From positions 512,001 through 576,000 of the forward strand of contig CAWDSK010000006.1 of assembly GCA_963804995.1 (NCBI GenBank): 64,000 nucleotides of DNA, written 5' to 3'. The notes under the pieces were generated by a model. The model was not told where the DNA came from, did not search any database, and saw nothing but the letters and a program-made list of their open reading frames with translations. The position numbers and the translations under genes were made by a program. This DNA is from an uncultured Acidobacteriota bacterium (lineage in GTDB: Bacteria; Acidobacteriota; Terriglobia; UBA7540). Below, in pieces: positions 51,161-61,412 of this stretch. Positions within the stretch are counted from its first letter, which is position 1. Each line of letters starts with the position of its first letter.

Positions 51161-52474
51161 TCATGCCAAGTCTCTATCCTCATGTGCCGCCGGAAAGGTC
51201 AGCTTAAAGCAAACACGGCCCGGCTCATTTGCCGAAAGAATTAAGTCGCCCCCGTGAGCGCGGGCAATGTTGCGCGCAATGGCGAGGCCCAGACCGGTTC
51301 CCTGCGCCTTGGTGGTAAAGAACGGTTCGAAGATCCGCGCCACGGAGGCAGGGGGAATGCGCGGGCCGGCGTTTTCAACTTCAATCCGGACTGAGCCGTC
51401 GCCGTCTACCCCCGCCCGCAGATCCACCCTGCCCTCTGGAGACGATGCTTCGACGGCATTCATCACCAAATCTACCAACGCCTGCTGCACGTAGCTGGCG
51501 TCGATGTCCGCCACTAAGCCACCGGAAGAGTGGGCATGGATGGACACTCCCCTCTCGTTACCGCGTGGACGGCAGGCATCCGCAACGTAGCCGAGAGTAT
51601 CATCAAGTGAAGACGGAGCCTTTTGCGGGCGGCGCGGACGCGCGTATGCCAGGAAATCGGTGGTCAGCCTTTCCAGGCGGCGTGACTCCTTGGCCGCAAT
51701 CTCGAACATCTCCTCGCGCTCGGAAGTCTCCAACCCACTCCCGCGTGCTGTCGCGAGAGCGCTGACAATAGACGAGACCGGATTCCGGATCTCGTGGGCG
51801 ATGCCGCTCGCAAGCCGCCCCACCGCTGCAAGCCTTTCTTCCTGGACCAGTTGCTCCTTCGCCCTCTCGAGGTCCATAAGGCTTGCGGAGAGTCGCGCCT
51901 CTTTTTGGTGCAGATGATTCACCAGCAACCATACCAGTACGCCCACCACGGCATAGATCAACGATATGGTTCCGGCCTCAACGTATTCGTTCACTGGCGT
52001 CCGAAGTTGGTGCTGCGCATAATGCCAGACCCAGGAGAAATTGATGCCGTCCACAACCGCTATGACGGCCAGCGTTGGCAGCAGGGTTAGGCGAAAGGCT
52101 GCTACCAGGATAGGCACAACCATAATCACGAAGTATTGGGTATCCTCGCGATTCGTGACTCCTCCCAGCACGACCGCGAGGAGAATATTGAAGCAAATCG
52201 AAGCCCAGCTCAGTACCATCATTCCCTTGACGCCCAGGGGCGTGCTCCGGGCCACCAGCCAGAATAATTCCGCCCCTTGGGCAAAGAAAGCCCCTCCCAG
52301 GATGGCGATCAAGGATACGGAGGGAAAACCCCAGTGAGAGGCGAACAAAGTGTGAACGAGGACCAGAGTAGCAAGGATGAAAAGGTTGAGGATGATGAAG
52401 GTCGTTTCCTGACGTTTGAAGGAGTCAAAATCAGTGGCTAGGAATACCGATTTGGGTTGAGGTTTTCGGAACAC
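51161..52474 (-). CDS. Membrane sensor histidine kinase
   Basis: AHEIRNP, FEPFFTTK and GTGLGL motifs; N-terminal TMs. Confidence 0.95.
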   Translation of the reverse strand: MFRKPQPKSVFLATDFDSFKRQETTFIILNLFILATLVLVHTLFASHWGFPSVSLIAILGGAFFAQGAELFWLVARSTPLGVKGMMVLSWASICFNILLAVVLGGVTNREDTQYFVIMVVPILVAAFRLTLLPTLAVIAVVDGINFSWVWHYAQHQLRTPVNEYVEAGTISLIYAVVGVLVWLLVNHLHQKEARLSASLMDLERAKEQLVQEERLAAVGRLASGIAHEIRNPVSSIVSALATARGSGLETSEREEMFEIAAKESRRLERLTTDFLAYARPRRPQKAPSSLDDTLGYVADACRPRGNERGVSIHAHSSGGLVADIDASYVQQALVDLVMNAVEASSPEGRVDLRAGVDGDGSVRIEVENAGPRIPPASVARIFEPFFTTKAQGTGLGLAIARNIARAHGGDLILSANEPGRVCFKLTFPAAHEDRDLA

Positions 52475-52557
52475 GTTGACCTACCTTAGCACGGGTTTTT
52501 GAACTCGTATAGTGTTCCGCAGGCCACAGCCGCAGGCAGAAAGTATTTGGCAGGTTT

Positions 52558-52807
52558 GTGCAGAGCGAGCCCAGCTCTGCGATTTAGTGCGGATCAAGCA
52601 AGCCGGTCCCTGATCAAGACCGACGAATCGTTCAGATAATAGAATCGCAAGCTTGTGTGTAGATCGTCTGGCTGGCGCAGAGCGAGCCCAGCTCTGCGTT
52701 ATAGTGCGAATCATACGGCGCATCGTTCAGATAATAGAATCAGAGGCTGGACGTGGCCAGGCTCGAATTAGCGTCTCTAGGTCGAGAACATCGGCGGGCA
52801 GGATCAG
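52558..52807. repeat. Tandem [gcagagcgagcccagctctgcg REP + putative RAYT 3' end] units
   Basis: Two units; homologous to 43264-43280 and 43511-43602. Confidence 0.75.
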
Positions 52808-53535
52808 TAATGACCGGGAGGCCAAGGCTCGCGGCATCCTTTATGAAGACCATTTCCAACTTGACCATCTACAACATGTTTGCAGGGCGGGATTACAGGA
52901 GACGTTGTGTCTGGTGAGGTGAGCGCGACCGCCGCTTTGAACTCCCGAGTTTCCCCTTGCGGCTGGATAACTCTTTGGGAAGTTATTTTCGCTGCGCTTG
53001 CAGATACGCCTTGCAGGGCTGCCTCGACACGGGCAGTCTGGCCCGCGTCCAGAATCATCGGAGCGCCCATGCCAAGGATCTCCGCTGTCCCGTGGTTCAC
53101 CACAACCGTGGAGGCATTCCCATCAGCCTCCAACTCGCACTCCGCTCCCGTTAATTCATCCCCCTTCACCAGCACCTTTCCGCCGGGAAGAGCAACTTGC
53201 ACCTGATCACCCATCTTCTCGTCGACAACCACGGATCCCCGGCGCAACTCAAATTTCGTCGCCGAGCCGCTGGCGGGCAATGCCACTTGCGTATCGCCGA
53301 GGAGGATGATCGATTCGTTCGAGCGGAAACGGAGCCAGGCATTGGATCTCTCGGCGGTAGTGATCACGTCGCCAGGTAGGACTGTGGTCCCGCTGGAGAC
53401 AAGGACGTCCCCTACGGTCACTTGACCGCTGGTCCGCAAGACCCCGACCCACTGGGTATTCGGACCCGCTTCCAGCAGTGCACTCGTGACCGCCACTAGA
53501 AAAATCACCGCGAGCGGCAATCGTAGCCTTTTCAT
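52804..53535 (-). CDS. Secreted FecR-like domain protein
   Basis: Signal peptide; PGDVITT, L.RGSV and V.VNHG patterns. Confidence 0.6.
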   Translation of the reverse strand: MKRLRLPLAVIFLVAVTSALLEAGPNTQWVGVLRTSGQVTVGDVLVSSGTTVLPGDVITTAERSNAWLRFRSNESIILLGDTQVALPASGSATKFELRRGSVVVDEKMGDQVQVALPGGKVLVKGDELTGAECELEADGNASTVVVNHGTAEILGMGAPMILDAGQTARVEAALQGVSASAAKITSQRVIQPQGETREFKAAVALTSPDTTSPVIPPCKHVVDGQVGNGLHKGCREPWPPGHY

Positions 53536-53936
53536 GGTGAGACTCCTTTCCACCGTGCTCTTCTGCCGACGGAACTTAAGGCCATGAGCACTAACTTCTT
53601 CCCCCGCGGAGAAGCCTTCGAGACACACGCGACTTGTTCTGAGTTTTAGTTACAACGCTCCCCGTTTGTCTTTTACCATTTAAGGTATGCGGTGTCAAGG
53701 GTGTTACCCCTTCAGCAACTAGTGTAGAGTAACCCAACTCCGAGCGGGATGCGGCTTACATCTTTAAGTCTTATTAAACGGGTTGACGTTTATCATGTTA
53801 AAAACTGCAAAGCATGTCGCTGCGTGCCTGACTTGGAGGCGCAACCCGCTTGTAATTCCAGCGCGTTGCCAGGAGAATCGACACAATTTTTACTTGTGTT
53901 CAAAATTGACCATCTTTTTTCTGCGCAGGGATTACG

Positions 53937-54119
53937 ATGAGGAGCGTGAAGACGAGAGAACTCACCCAGGAACAGATACTGTCGGTTCGTTGTCCTACCT
54001 GTGACGCTGATCTTGGAAAGCGCTGTGAATTGAGTGCCGGAGGCTTACGCTATTCACCACACCGGGACAGGATACTTGCAGCATCTGAAGCTGTGAAAAG
54101 AAGACGGGCATCGAAGTAG
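53937..54119 (+). CDS. Small Zn-finger protein
   Basis: CPTC...C...H.DR pattern in 60 aa. Confidence 0.6.
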   Translation: MRSVKTRELTQEQILSVRCPTCDADLGKRCELSAGGLRYSPHRDRILAASEAVKRRRASK

Positions 54120-54287
54120 CCGGCAACGTCCAATTAGGATACTGCCGGCATTTTACTTACCATACTTCCACTCCCTGATTTCAATTTGACCCACTACCGA
54201 GGGCAGGCGGGCGCATCAGGACGAGCCCAGTGGCGGATAGGGCAGTAATAAACGCGTTTGGAGCCGCATGCTCGCCATTCTGGCATT

Positions 54288-54391
54288 TGCCAGCCAGCGA
54301 CATTTTGTCATAGTGGGACATGTCCCACATGTTGCTCTCCGCGGGGCATAGCGAGCGAGGTCCCACTTAATTCCCCATCTTCATGCGTTTT
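54288..54391 (-). repeat. ~104-bp dispersed repeat, copy 2
   Basis: Inverted homolog of 5544-5647. Confidence 0.85.
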
Positions 54392-54651
54392 CTTCCTATG
54401 ACTTTTCACGTGTGAATTTGCCGCACTCCGCTACGTTTAGGCCCCAAGAGGCGGGAGCTGTAAATTCGAGTCCCTCCCTCATTCGGCTGAAATCAGGGCC
54501 AGGTCCGATTGCAAATTTAGTCTGGATTTGAGTAGACGTTACCGCGGAAACCCTCATCCAATGGAAGGCCTAACTGCGGCTTTGCTTGACGCATCTGCAG
54601 ATTGTCCTTAGACTAGAAAATTGTCCAGAGCTTATTGCCCTGTTCCTTAAT

Positions 54652-56505
54652 ATGATGCTAATCAGGCGATCGTGTGCCAGCCTCGCGTTGGTTCTCCTGC
54701 TTGCAACCTCACTGGGAGGCCAAGAGAGCGCACCCATCTTTCCCGTGGGTGAAATCCACCCCGGCCTCAAGGGAGTCGGGCGCACCATTTTCACCGGCGA
54801 CAAGATCGAAGAATTCCAGGTGGAATTCCTGGGCGTGCTGAAGAATGCGCTGGCTCCCAAGCGTGACATTATTCTGGCGCGGCTTTCGGGTGGCCAGATC
54901 GAGAAGACCGGCGTCATCGCGGGCATGAGCGGAAGCCCGGTTTACGTGGACGGCAAGCTGGTGGGCGCCGTGGCCTTGTCGTTTCCATTTTCAAAGGATC
55001 CGATTGCGGGCATAACACCGATCGGGGAGATGCTGGATGTCGTCCCCGAAAAAACCAGCAGCACCGCCCGCTTATCACCCAGCGAGAGCTATCGAATTGT
55101 CCGCGTCTCCGGTGAATCCGGGGAGATGGGCCGCTTGATCCCCAACGAAGATGCCGCCGCGGTTGCGCCCAGCCTTCCCCCGGCGCCAGAACCCGCTGAG
55201 GCTTCTCTTTCCAGTCTTCTGCTGCCCCTGCGCTTTGGTGGCTTTACGAACGAAGCCATCAGCCTGCTTACCCCGCAGTTTCACCGAATGGGATTCGAGC
55301 CCATGCAAGGCGGCGTGGTTTCAGGCGGCGGGGAAGAGACTCCGCCCAGCGCGACGGACCTGACGCCAGGCTCCATGATCAGCCTGCTGCTGGTGCGCGG
55401 CGACCTGAACCTGAACGTCGATTGCACCGTGACCTTCCGGCAGGGAAACAATCTCTACGCGTGTGGCCATCGTGTGCTCTCCAGCGGACCCGCCCAGTTC
55501 CCCTTCGCGCCATCGCACGTGATCACCACGGTGGCGAGTATTGCCTCCTCCTTCAAGCTGGACGCGCCCGGCAAGGTGGTGGGCACCATTCAGCAAGACC
55601 GCTTTGGCGCCATCTACGGCCAGGTCGGCGACAAGACTCCGCAGATGATTCCCGTGCACCTCCGGGTGGACTCAACCCTTAACCGCAAGGCCGATTACCA
55701 ATTCGATATGGTGCAGGAACCATTCCTCTCGCCCATCTTGCTGAATCTCAGTATTACTTCCTCCCTGATGGCCACGGAGCGCGCCATAGGGCCGTCCACT
55801 TTGGAACTGAAGGGCAAGATTCAACTGGCTGACGGTGAGTCCGTGAACCTGGAAGACGTCCTCTCCAGTGATATGGGGGCGGCGAACATGGTGGGCGGGG
55901 CCGTGGCGACCCCGCTCAATTTCCTGATGTCCAGTGGATTTCCTGACCTGAAAATCCAGGCAATCGATCTCAACATCGTCTCGCTGAACGAGAAAAGGAC
56001 CGCCACTATCGAGCAAGTGTGGAGCACGAGGTCGGAAGTGCGGCCCGGCGACCACCTGGAAGTAGCCGCCCTGCTACGGCTGCCCTGGGGTGAAACGCTG
56101 ACGCAGATGATCCCGGTGAACGTGCCGGACAACGTGACGGACAAGATGCTGTCGATCGTGGTGGGGGGTGGAGCAAGCATCAACGCGCTGGAGTTTCGCT
56201 TCACGCCGCTGGGATCCGCGCCGCGCGATTCGCATCAACTGGTGCGCGCGTTGAATCGGATGCGCCGCAATAATCGGGTCTACGCCCTGCTGATGTCACC
56301 GCAGCGTTCCTTTGTCATGCAGGGAGAGGAATATCCATCACCTCCTCCCTCCCTGATGCAGACGTTGTTGGCGGACCCTGCCGCCGCATCGAGCGTAGTG
56401 TTCAGCGGCACGTCTGTGGTGGGTGATTTTGAGACCAAACCGACTCCCTACACCATCCGCGGGCAGAAGACGCTGATCCTCAAGGTGGTCGGTCCGGGGA
56501 TGTAG
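54652..56505 (+). CDS. SpoIVB/peptidase S55 domain protein
   Basis: GVIAGMSGSPVYVDGKLVGAV. Confidence 0.88.
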   Translation: MMLIRRSCASLALVLLLATSLGGQESAPIFPVGEIHPGLKGVGRTIFTGDKIEEFQVEFLGVLKNALAPKRDIILARLSGGQIEKTGVIAGMSGSPVYVDGKLVGAVALSFPFSKDPIAGITPIGEMLDVVPEKTSSTARLSPSESYRIVRVSGESGEMGRLIPNEDAAAVAPSLPPAPEPAEASLSSLLLPLRFGGFTNEAISLLTPQFHRMGFEPMQGGVVSGGGEETPPSATDLTPGSMISLLLVRGDLNLNVDCTVTFRQGNNLYACGHRVLSSGPAQFPFAPSHVITTVASIASSFKLDAPGKVVGTIQQDRFGAIYGQVGDKTPQMIPVHLRVDSTLNRKADYQFDMVQEPFLSPILLNLSITSSLMATERAIGPSTLELKGKIQLADGESVNLEDVLSSDMGAANMVGGAVATPLNFLMSSGFPDLKIQAIDLNIVSLNEKRTATIEQVWSTRSEVRPGDHLEVAALLRLPWGETLTQMIPVNVPDNVTDKMLSIVVGGGASINALEFRFTPLGSAPRDSHQLVRALNRMRRNNRVYALLMSPQRSFVMQGEEYPSPPPSLMQTLLADPAAASSVVFSGTSVVGDFETKPTPYTIRGQKTLILKVVGPGM

Positions 56506-56511
56506 AAAAGC

Positions 56512-56596
56512 AGTGGCGAGTGGCTAGTGGTTAGTGGTTAGTGGTCAAGGGCCGGGGTTCAGAGACTAGCCACTAACCACTAGCCACTAACCACTA
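56512..56596. repeat. Heptamer repeat hairpin (tagtggt / accacta)
   Basis: Tandem heptamers followed by their inverted complement. Confidence 0.8.
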
Positions 56597-56622
56597 AAAA
56601 CTGGTTTCAAAAAGGGTTTGGC

Positions 56623-58896
56623 ATGAAATTCGGCAGCTACCATCGTACCCTGTTTCTGGTCTTGCTTATCGCCGTGCCCGTTTGGGGAGTGGAGACAACC
56701 TTCTGGCAGATCGGCTCCTTCGACGAGTTCCTGCAAGGGAATTTGACGGGAGTCTCCCTGAGCAAGGAAGGTGAGTTGACCCTCGCCCCCGATGCGCAGG
56801 TAGTCTTCACCCCGGAAGAGGCCCAAGCGCTCGCCCTGGCACGCGACCCGAGCGGCAACCTTTTCGTGGGCACCGGCCACCAGGGGAAAGTATTCCGCAT
56901 GGGCTCCGACCAGAAATCCCACCTCTTCTTCACCACCCATGAGCCGGATGTCTTCGCCCTGGCCGCAGGTCCTGACGGGGCACTCTACGTGGGAAGTTCG
57001 CCCGAAGGCAAAGTCTACAAAGTTACCCCCGACGGCAAGTCCAGCGTCTTTTACGACCCCAAAACGAAATACATTTGGGCGCTGGGGTTCGACTCACAGG
57101 GACGGCTTTATGTGGGCACGGGTGATAAGGGCCAGATCCTGCGCGTGGACCCTTCTGGAAAGGGTGAGGTCTTTTTTGACAGTAAGCAGACGCACATCAT
57201 GTGCCTGAAACTCGACCCGCAGGGCAACCTGCTGGCGGGCAGCGTGCCGAATGGGCTGATTTATCGCATCACACCCCAGGGAAAGGCCTCTGTACTTTAT
57301 CAGGCGAGCTTGCCGGAGATTCATGAGTTGGCGCTCAACTCCCAGGGCCACATTTTTGCAGCGACCTTGGGCGGGGCCGGAGGCAAGGGGTCGCCGGATT
57401 TCCTGCTGACTCCCCCGGGTGCTCCTGCGAGCGGAGGCGTCACGACCGTCACGGTTACTGCGTCCACGGAGCCCGAAGCCTCGATGCCCAAAGGACAGAC
57501 TCCGCCCGCCGAACCCGCCTCTCCCAGTTTTAACCGTTCGACCCCTGTTCCCCCTCCCTTCATGCCTATGGGATTCTCCCAGGGACGCGGCGCTCTGGTT
57601 GAAATCTTCCCGGATTCCACGGTAGAGACTATTTGGAGTTCAAATAACGAAAGCATTTTTGGCCTTACCGTCAGGAACAATCATGTACTCTTTTCCACCG
57701 ACTCTAACGGCCGTATCTTCGACTTGGACCCGCAGCGGGAAGGCGAAAATCTGACCCTACTGACCGAAACCCATGAGACGCTCGCGACTCGCCTCCTGAT
57801 GGGAGGTGGCAATCTTTACGCGACCACAAGCAACGCAGCTAAGCTGCTCCGGATCTCCACTTCCCCCACCCGCGAAGGCACTTTTGAAGCGCCAGTCAAG
57901 GACACGAAGTTCATCTCGCACTGGGGGGTCCTAGCCTGGCGAGGGGAAGTACCCCCAGGATGCGCCTTACAGTTTTACACGCGTTCGGGGAATTCCGAGC
58001 GCCCCGATAATACGTGGAGTGACTGGGGGGGGCCCTACAGCAATCCCAGTGACGGCGCGGTGGTAAGCCCACCCGGCCGGTATATCCAATGGAAGGCAGT
58101 TTTTAAGGCTTCCGGCAACGCCTCACCGACCCTGGACGAGGTCACCGTTTCATACCTGAACCAGAACCTGCCGCCGCAAATCCACTCGCTGAACGTCAGC
58201 ACTTCCGGGGAGCGAACTGGGGCCGCAGGGACCGGGATGCCGTCCGGCCTGCCGATGGGAATGGGGGTCTCGATCACGGCCCCCTCCAACCTGAATTTTG
58301 GCCCTGCCCCGCCGCCCACCCCAGCCGGTAAGACCCCAGTCAATCTAACCTGGCAAGCCGACGACCCTAACGGGGATCAGTTGGTTTATGCGCTGTATGT
58401 TAAGGCCACAGACGAGGAGGAATGGCACCTCCTCCGCGACAGGCTCCACCAGACTAACTATACGATCACGCCCGATGTCCTAGCCGATGGAAAGTACGTG
58501 GCTCGATTGGTGGCATCGGATGAGGAATCCAATCCCCCCGCCACAGCCCGAAAATCCGAATTGCTGAGCGCCCCGTTTTGGGTCGATAATACCCCCCCAG
58601 AGGTTCGGGTCCTTAGGCAGACGGTCAATGGCTCCGCGGCGGAAGTCCAATTTGTCGCAGAAGACAGCACTTCCCCCCTGCGGAGTGCTGAAACCTCCTT
58701 GGATGGCAAGCATTGGGAAGACGTGATTTCCGACAACGGAATCGTGGATTCTCGTAAGGAGACTTTTACCGTCAAGCTCCCCCATTTGGACCCGGGGGAG
58801 CACATCCTGCTGCTGCGGGCCTACGACACCGCGGGGAACGCAGGAGTGGGGAAGGCGGTGATCCGGCTCCCCGGGACCGGAGGCCAGGTCCGATGA
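56623..58896 (+). CDS. Secreted beta-propeller plus FN3/Ig-like protein
   Basis: Repeated D..G.LYVGT...G.V blades; C-terminal DNTPP and D.AGN. Confidence 0.8.
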   Translation: MKFGSYHRTLFLVLLIAVPVWGVETTFWQIGSFDEFLQGNLTGVSLSKEGELTLAPDAQVVFTPEEAQALALARDPSGNLFVGTGHQGKVFRMGSDQKSHLFFTTHEPDVFALAAGPDGALYVGSSPEGKVYKVTPDGKSSVFYDPKTKYIWALGFDSQGRLYVGTGDKGQILRVDPSGKGEVFFDSKQTHIMCLKLDPQGNLLAGSVPNGLIYRITPQGKASVLYQASLPEIHELALNSQGHIFAATLGGAGGKGSPDFLLTPPGAPASGGVTTVTVTASTEPEASMPKGQTPPAEPASPSFNRSTPVPPPFMPMGFSQGRGALVEIFPDSTVETIWSSNNESIFGLTVRNNHVLFSTDSNGRIFDLDPQREGENLTLLTETHETLATRLLMGGGNLYATTSNAAKLLRISTSPTREGTFEAPVKDTKFISHWGVLAWRGEVPPGCALQFYTRSGNSERPDNTWSDWGGPYSNPSDGAVVSPPGRYIQWKAVFKASGNASPTLDEVTVSYLNQNLPPQIHSLNVSTSGERTGAAGTGMPSGLPMGMGVSITAPSNLNFGPAPPPTPAGKTPVNLTWQADDPNGDQLVYALYVKATDEEEWHLLRDRLHQTNYTITPDVLADGKYVARLVASDEESNPPATARKSELLSAPFWVDNTPPEVRVLRQTVNGSAAEVQFVAEDSTSPLRSAETSLDGKHWEDVISDNGIVDSRKETFTVKLPHLDPGEHILLLRAYDTAGNAGVGKAVIRLPGTGGQVR

Positions 58897-59033
58897 CGGG
58901 CGGCAAAAATGACCGCGAGAGTAAGCTGGCGGTAACTGCTTGGCTGGCTTGTGCGTCATAGTAGGAATACAACTCTCAATAATTGCTCCGCATCTCATTA
59001 TGCGAGTTGAGGTGCGGCCGATAGTGAAACGGT

Positions 59034-59669
59034 TTGAACCCACAAAAGACACCGGCACCGAAAGCTGCGTCGGAGACTCAGCTCATTGCGCGTGCACAGC
59101 GGGGTGATGAAGAGGCGTTTGCCAGTCTTTTCGAAACCCACAAGCGCCGGGTTTACTCCCTGTGCTTGCGCATGACAGGAAATACTGCGGAAGCGGAAGA
59201 CCTGACCCAGGAAGCGTTCTTGCAGTTGTTTCGTAAGATCTCCACCTTTCGCGGAGAGTCTGCTTTCTCAACGTGGCTGCATAGGTTGTCAGTAAATGTG
59301 GTGCTGATGCACCTGCGCAAGAAAGGATTGCAGCAGGTTTCGCTCGACGAGGTGGACACTTCCCAGGACGAACCCGTCAAGCGGGATTACGGTGATGATG
59401 ACCGGCGACTGACGGGCTCAGTTGACCGCATCGGCTTGCAGCGGGCCATTGCGGATTTGCCCCCCGGATATCGGGCGGTGTTTGTGTTGCACGACGTGGA
59501 AGGTTACGAGCACAACGAAATCGCTGAAATCATGCATTGCTCCGTGGGGAATTCCAAGTCGCAGCTTCACAAGGCTCGCATGAAGCTGCGCGACCGGCTG
59601 CGTAAGGATCGATATCACGAAATTGCGGCAGAACCGCTTCCTGCCGACGAACAGGTGGAAGAGGTTTGA
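59034..59669 (+). CDS. ECF RNA polymerase sigma factor
   Basis: [25 protein letters not shown] and SKSQLHKAR. Confidence 0.95.
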   Translation: MNPQKTPAPKAASETQLIARAQRGDEEAFASLFETHKRRVYSLCLRMTGNTAEAEDLTQEAFLQLFRKISTFRGESAFSTWLHRLSVNVVLMHLRKKGLQQVSLDEVDTSQDEPVKRDYGDDDRRLTGSVDRIGLQRAIADLPPGYRAVFVLHDVEGYEHNEIAEIMHCSVGNSKSQLHKARMKLRDRLRKDRYHEIAAEPLPADEQVEEV

Positions 59670-59677
59670 GAGGCGTT

Positions 59678-60367
59678 ATGGAAGAGGGTCGATACGAAAA
59701 ACCCGGCGCGTGCCTCCAGTTTGAGAGTGAGCTGGAAGCTTACCTGGAGGGAGAAACCCGCCCCTTCGTAATTGCGCACATCCAGGATTGCCCGTTCTGC
59801 CGTGTCCTGCTGGGCGAGGTGGAGCAGATCCGCCAAGTGGCCCGGGAGTTGCCTCTGGAGGAGCCTTCCTCTGTCGTCTGGGCAAACCTGCATGCGAGGC
59901 TGGAGGCCGAGGGAGCCTTTCGCCCGCAAGGGGCCGGCTGGCACAACATCCTGTCCTGGCGTTTTCTTCCTCACCCCGTTCCCGCGGGAGTTCTTGCCGG
60001 CTTGATTATCCTGGCCTCAGTCCTGACCCTACCTCCCCGCGGTGTCGAGCGTTGGGACGCGCCGGCTCGGGCCACGAGTTCCCCCGCCACGATAACCGCC
60101 TCCGCGATGCCGGTGGGCGAAGATGGCGCCCTGGCGCAAGTCGTTGGCGATCTCGAAAACAATTTTCGCGCGAACGAGGCTTCCTTAAACCCAGACCTGA
60201 AGGCCACGTACGAAAAGAGCCTGGTCAGTTTGGATGACTCGATTCGCGAATGCCTGGACTCTCTGCGCGACGAGCCCAGGAATACCATGGCGCATGATTA
60301 CCTCTTGACAGCGTACACTCGAAAGGCTGAAATACTTTCTTCTGCGTTGGAGTTCGAAGGGCGTTAA
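59678..60367 (+). CDS. Zn-binding (ZAS, HxxxCxxC) membrane anti-sigma factor
   Basis: HIQDCPFC; TM segment; directly follows the sigma gene. Confidence 0.85.
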   Translation: MEEGRYEKPGACLQFESELEAYLEGETRPFVIAHIQDCPFCRVLLGEVEQIRQVARELPLEEPSSVVWANLHARLEAEGAFRPQGAGWHNILSWRFLPHPVPAGVLAGLIILASVLTLPPRGVERWDAPARATSSPATITASAMPVGEDGALAQVVGDLENNFRANEASLNPDLKATYEKSLVSLDDSIRECLDSLRDEPRNTMAHDYLLTAYTRKAEILSSALEFEGR

Positions 60368-60383
60368 CGGAAGGGATACGGGC

Positions 60384-61277
60384 TTGAAGCACCGAACATT
60401 TACCAAGTCGTTACCAGAGATCAAACCGATTCTCCGATCTCTGGCGCTAGTGCTTTTGTCGGCCACGATAGTATGGGCCGGCGGCGAGGGGCGGTTGGAG
60501 AAGTCCTTCGACACCACCCGCGAGCCACGCATCAGCTTGACCAACCTGAAAGGTCAGGTGCTGGTGCGCTCCTGGGACAAAGCCCAGGTTCACATTGTCT
60601 ACACCGTTGCCTCTCCGCGTGTGGAAGTGGATACGGAAGTCATGCCTGACACGGGCGCGGCCGAGAAAATCCACATCACCACTCACGTCCTGGACGGGGC
60701 GGTCATCGGAGATGCCCAGACGGCCGATTACATCCTGGATGTTCCCGCCGGCTCCAGCCTCGAAATCCGCAATTCCCAAGGGAAAGTCCGCGTCGTGGGA
60801 ATCCAAGCCGATGCCGCCGTTGATTCAGTGGGTGGCGACATCGTGGTGGCAGACTACACCGGCCACCTTACGGTTCGTTCCGTGGGCGGAAACATCGAGG
60901 TTACCCATCCAACCGGTCAAGTGGAAGCTTACACAATTACCGGCAACTTGCGATTTGTGTCTCCCGCCACCACCCGGCTGCATGGCAGCACGACCTCCGG
61001 GAACATTGTCTTTGAGGGCGATTTCATGGCCCGCGGCGACTACTTCCTCTCCACTTACAGCGGAAACGTGGACGTGATCTGTCCAGCTTCCGCTTCCTAC
61101 GAGGTGAGTGCCGTCACCAAGCGCGGAAAAGTCATCAATACGTTGCCCATCAAAACCCGGCGCCAGTCGGCGTCACCGCTTGACTCCAACAGCTTGCTTG
61201 GAACACACAATACCGGCAAGGCCACCGTGGAATTGAAGTCCTACAGCGGAACCATCCGCATCCGGCCACAAGAATAA
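60384..61277 (+). CDS. DUF4097 beta-strand repeat protein
   Basis: Repeated S.GG.I and T.SG.I units; signal peptide. Confidence 0.85.
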   Translation: MKHRTFTKSLPEIKPILRSLALVLLSATIVWAGGEGRLEKSFDTTREPRISLTNLKGQVLVRSWDKAQVHIVYTVASPRVEVDTEVMPDTGAAEKIHITTHVLDGAVIGDAQTADYILDVPAGSSLEIRNSQGKVRVVGIQADAAVDSVGGDIVVADYTGHLTVRSVGGNIEVTHPTGQVEAYTITGNLRFVSPATTRLHGSTTSGNIVFEGDFMARGDYFLSTYSGNVDVICPASASYEVSAVTKRGKVINTLPIKTRRQSASPLDSNSLLGTHNTGKATVELKSYSGTIRIRPQE

Positions 61278-61412
61278 AAGGAATAACTTTTGGATTGGGG
61301 TAGGTGGAGGAGCCTCCACCTACGACTTCACTTCCCTGGCGAGGGGCGAGGAGAGGGACCCTGCTGTGGCAAGCTAGTACGGTGTCCCGGTTAATATTCG
61401 ACAAGGCTTCCG

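Noticed and set aside
5544..54391. 49-kb transposon bounded by the 104-bp inverted repeats
   Set aside because: The interval includes housekeeping genes such as gltA; no target duplication or cognate transposase was seen
54465..54480. tRNA T-loop-like TTCGAGTCCCTCCCTC as a possible att site
   Set aside because: No cloverleaf, no CCA, no partner repeat and no integrase
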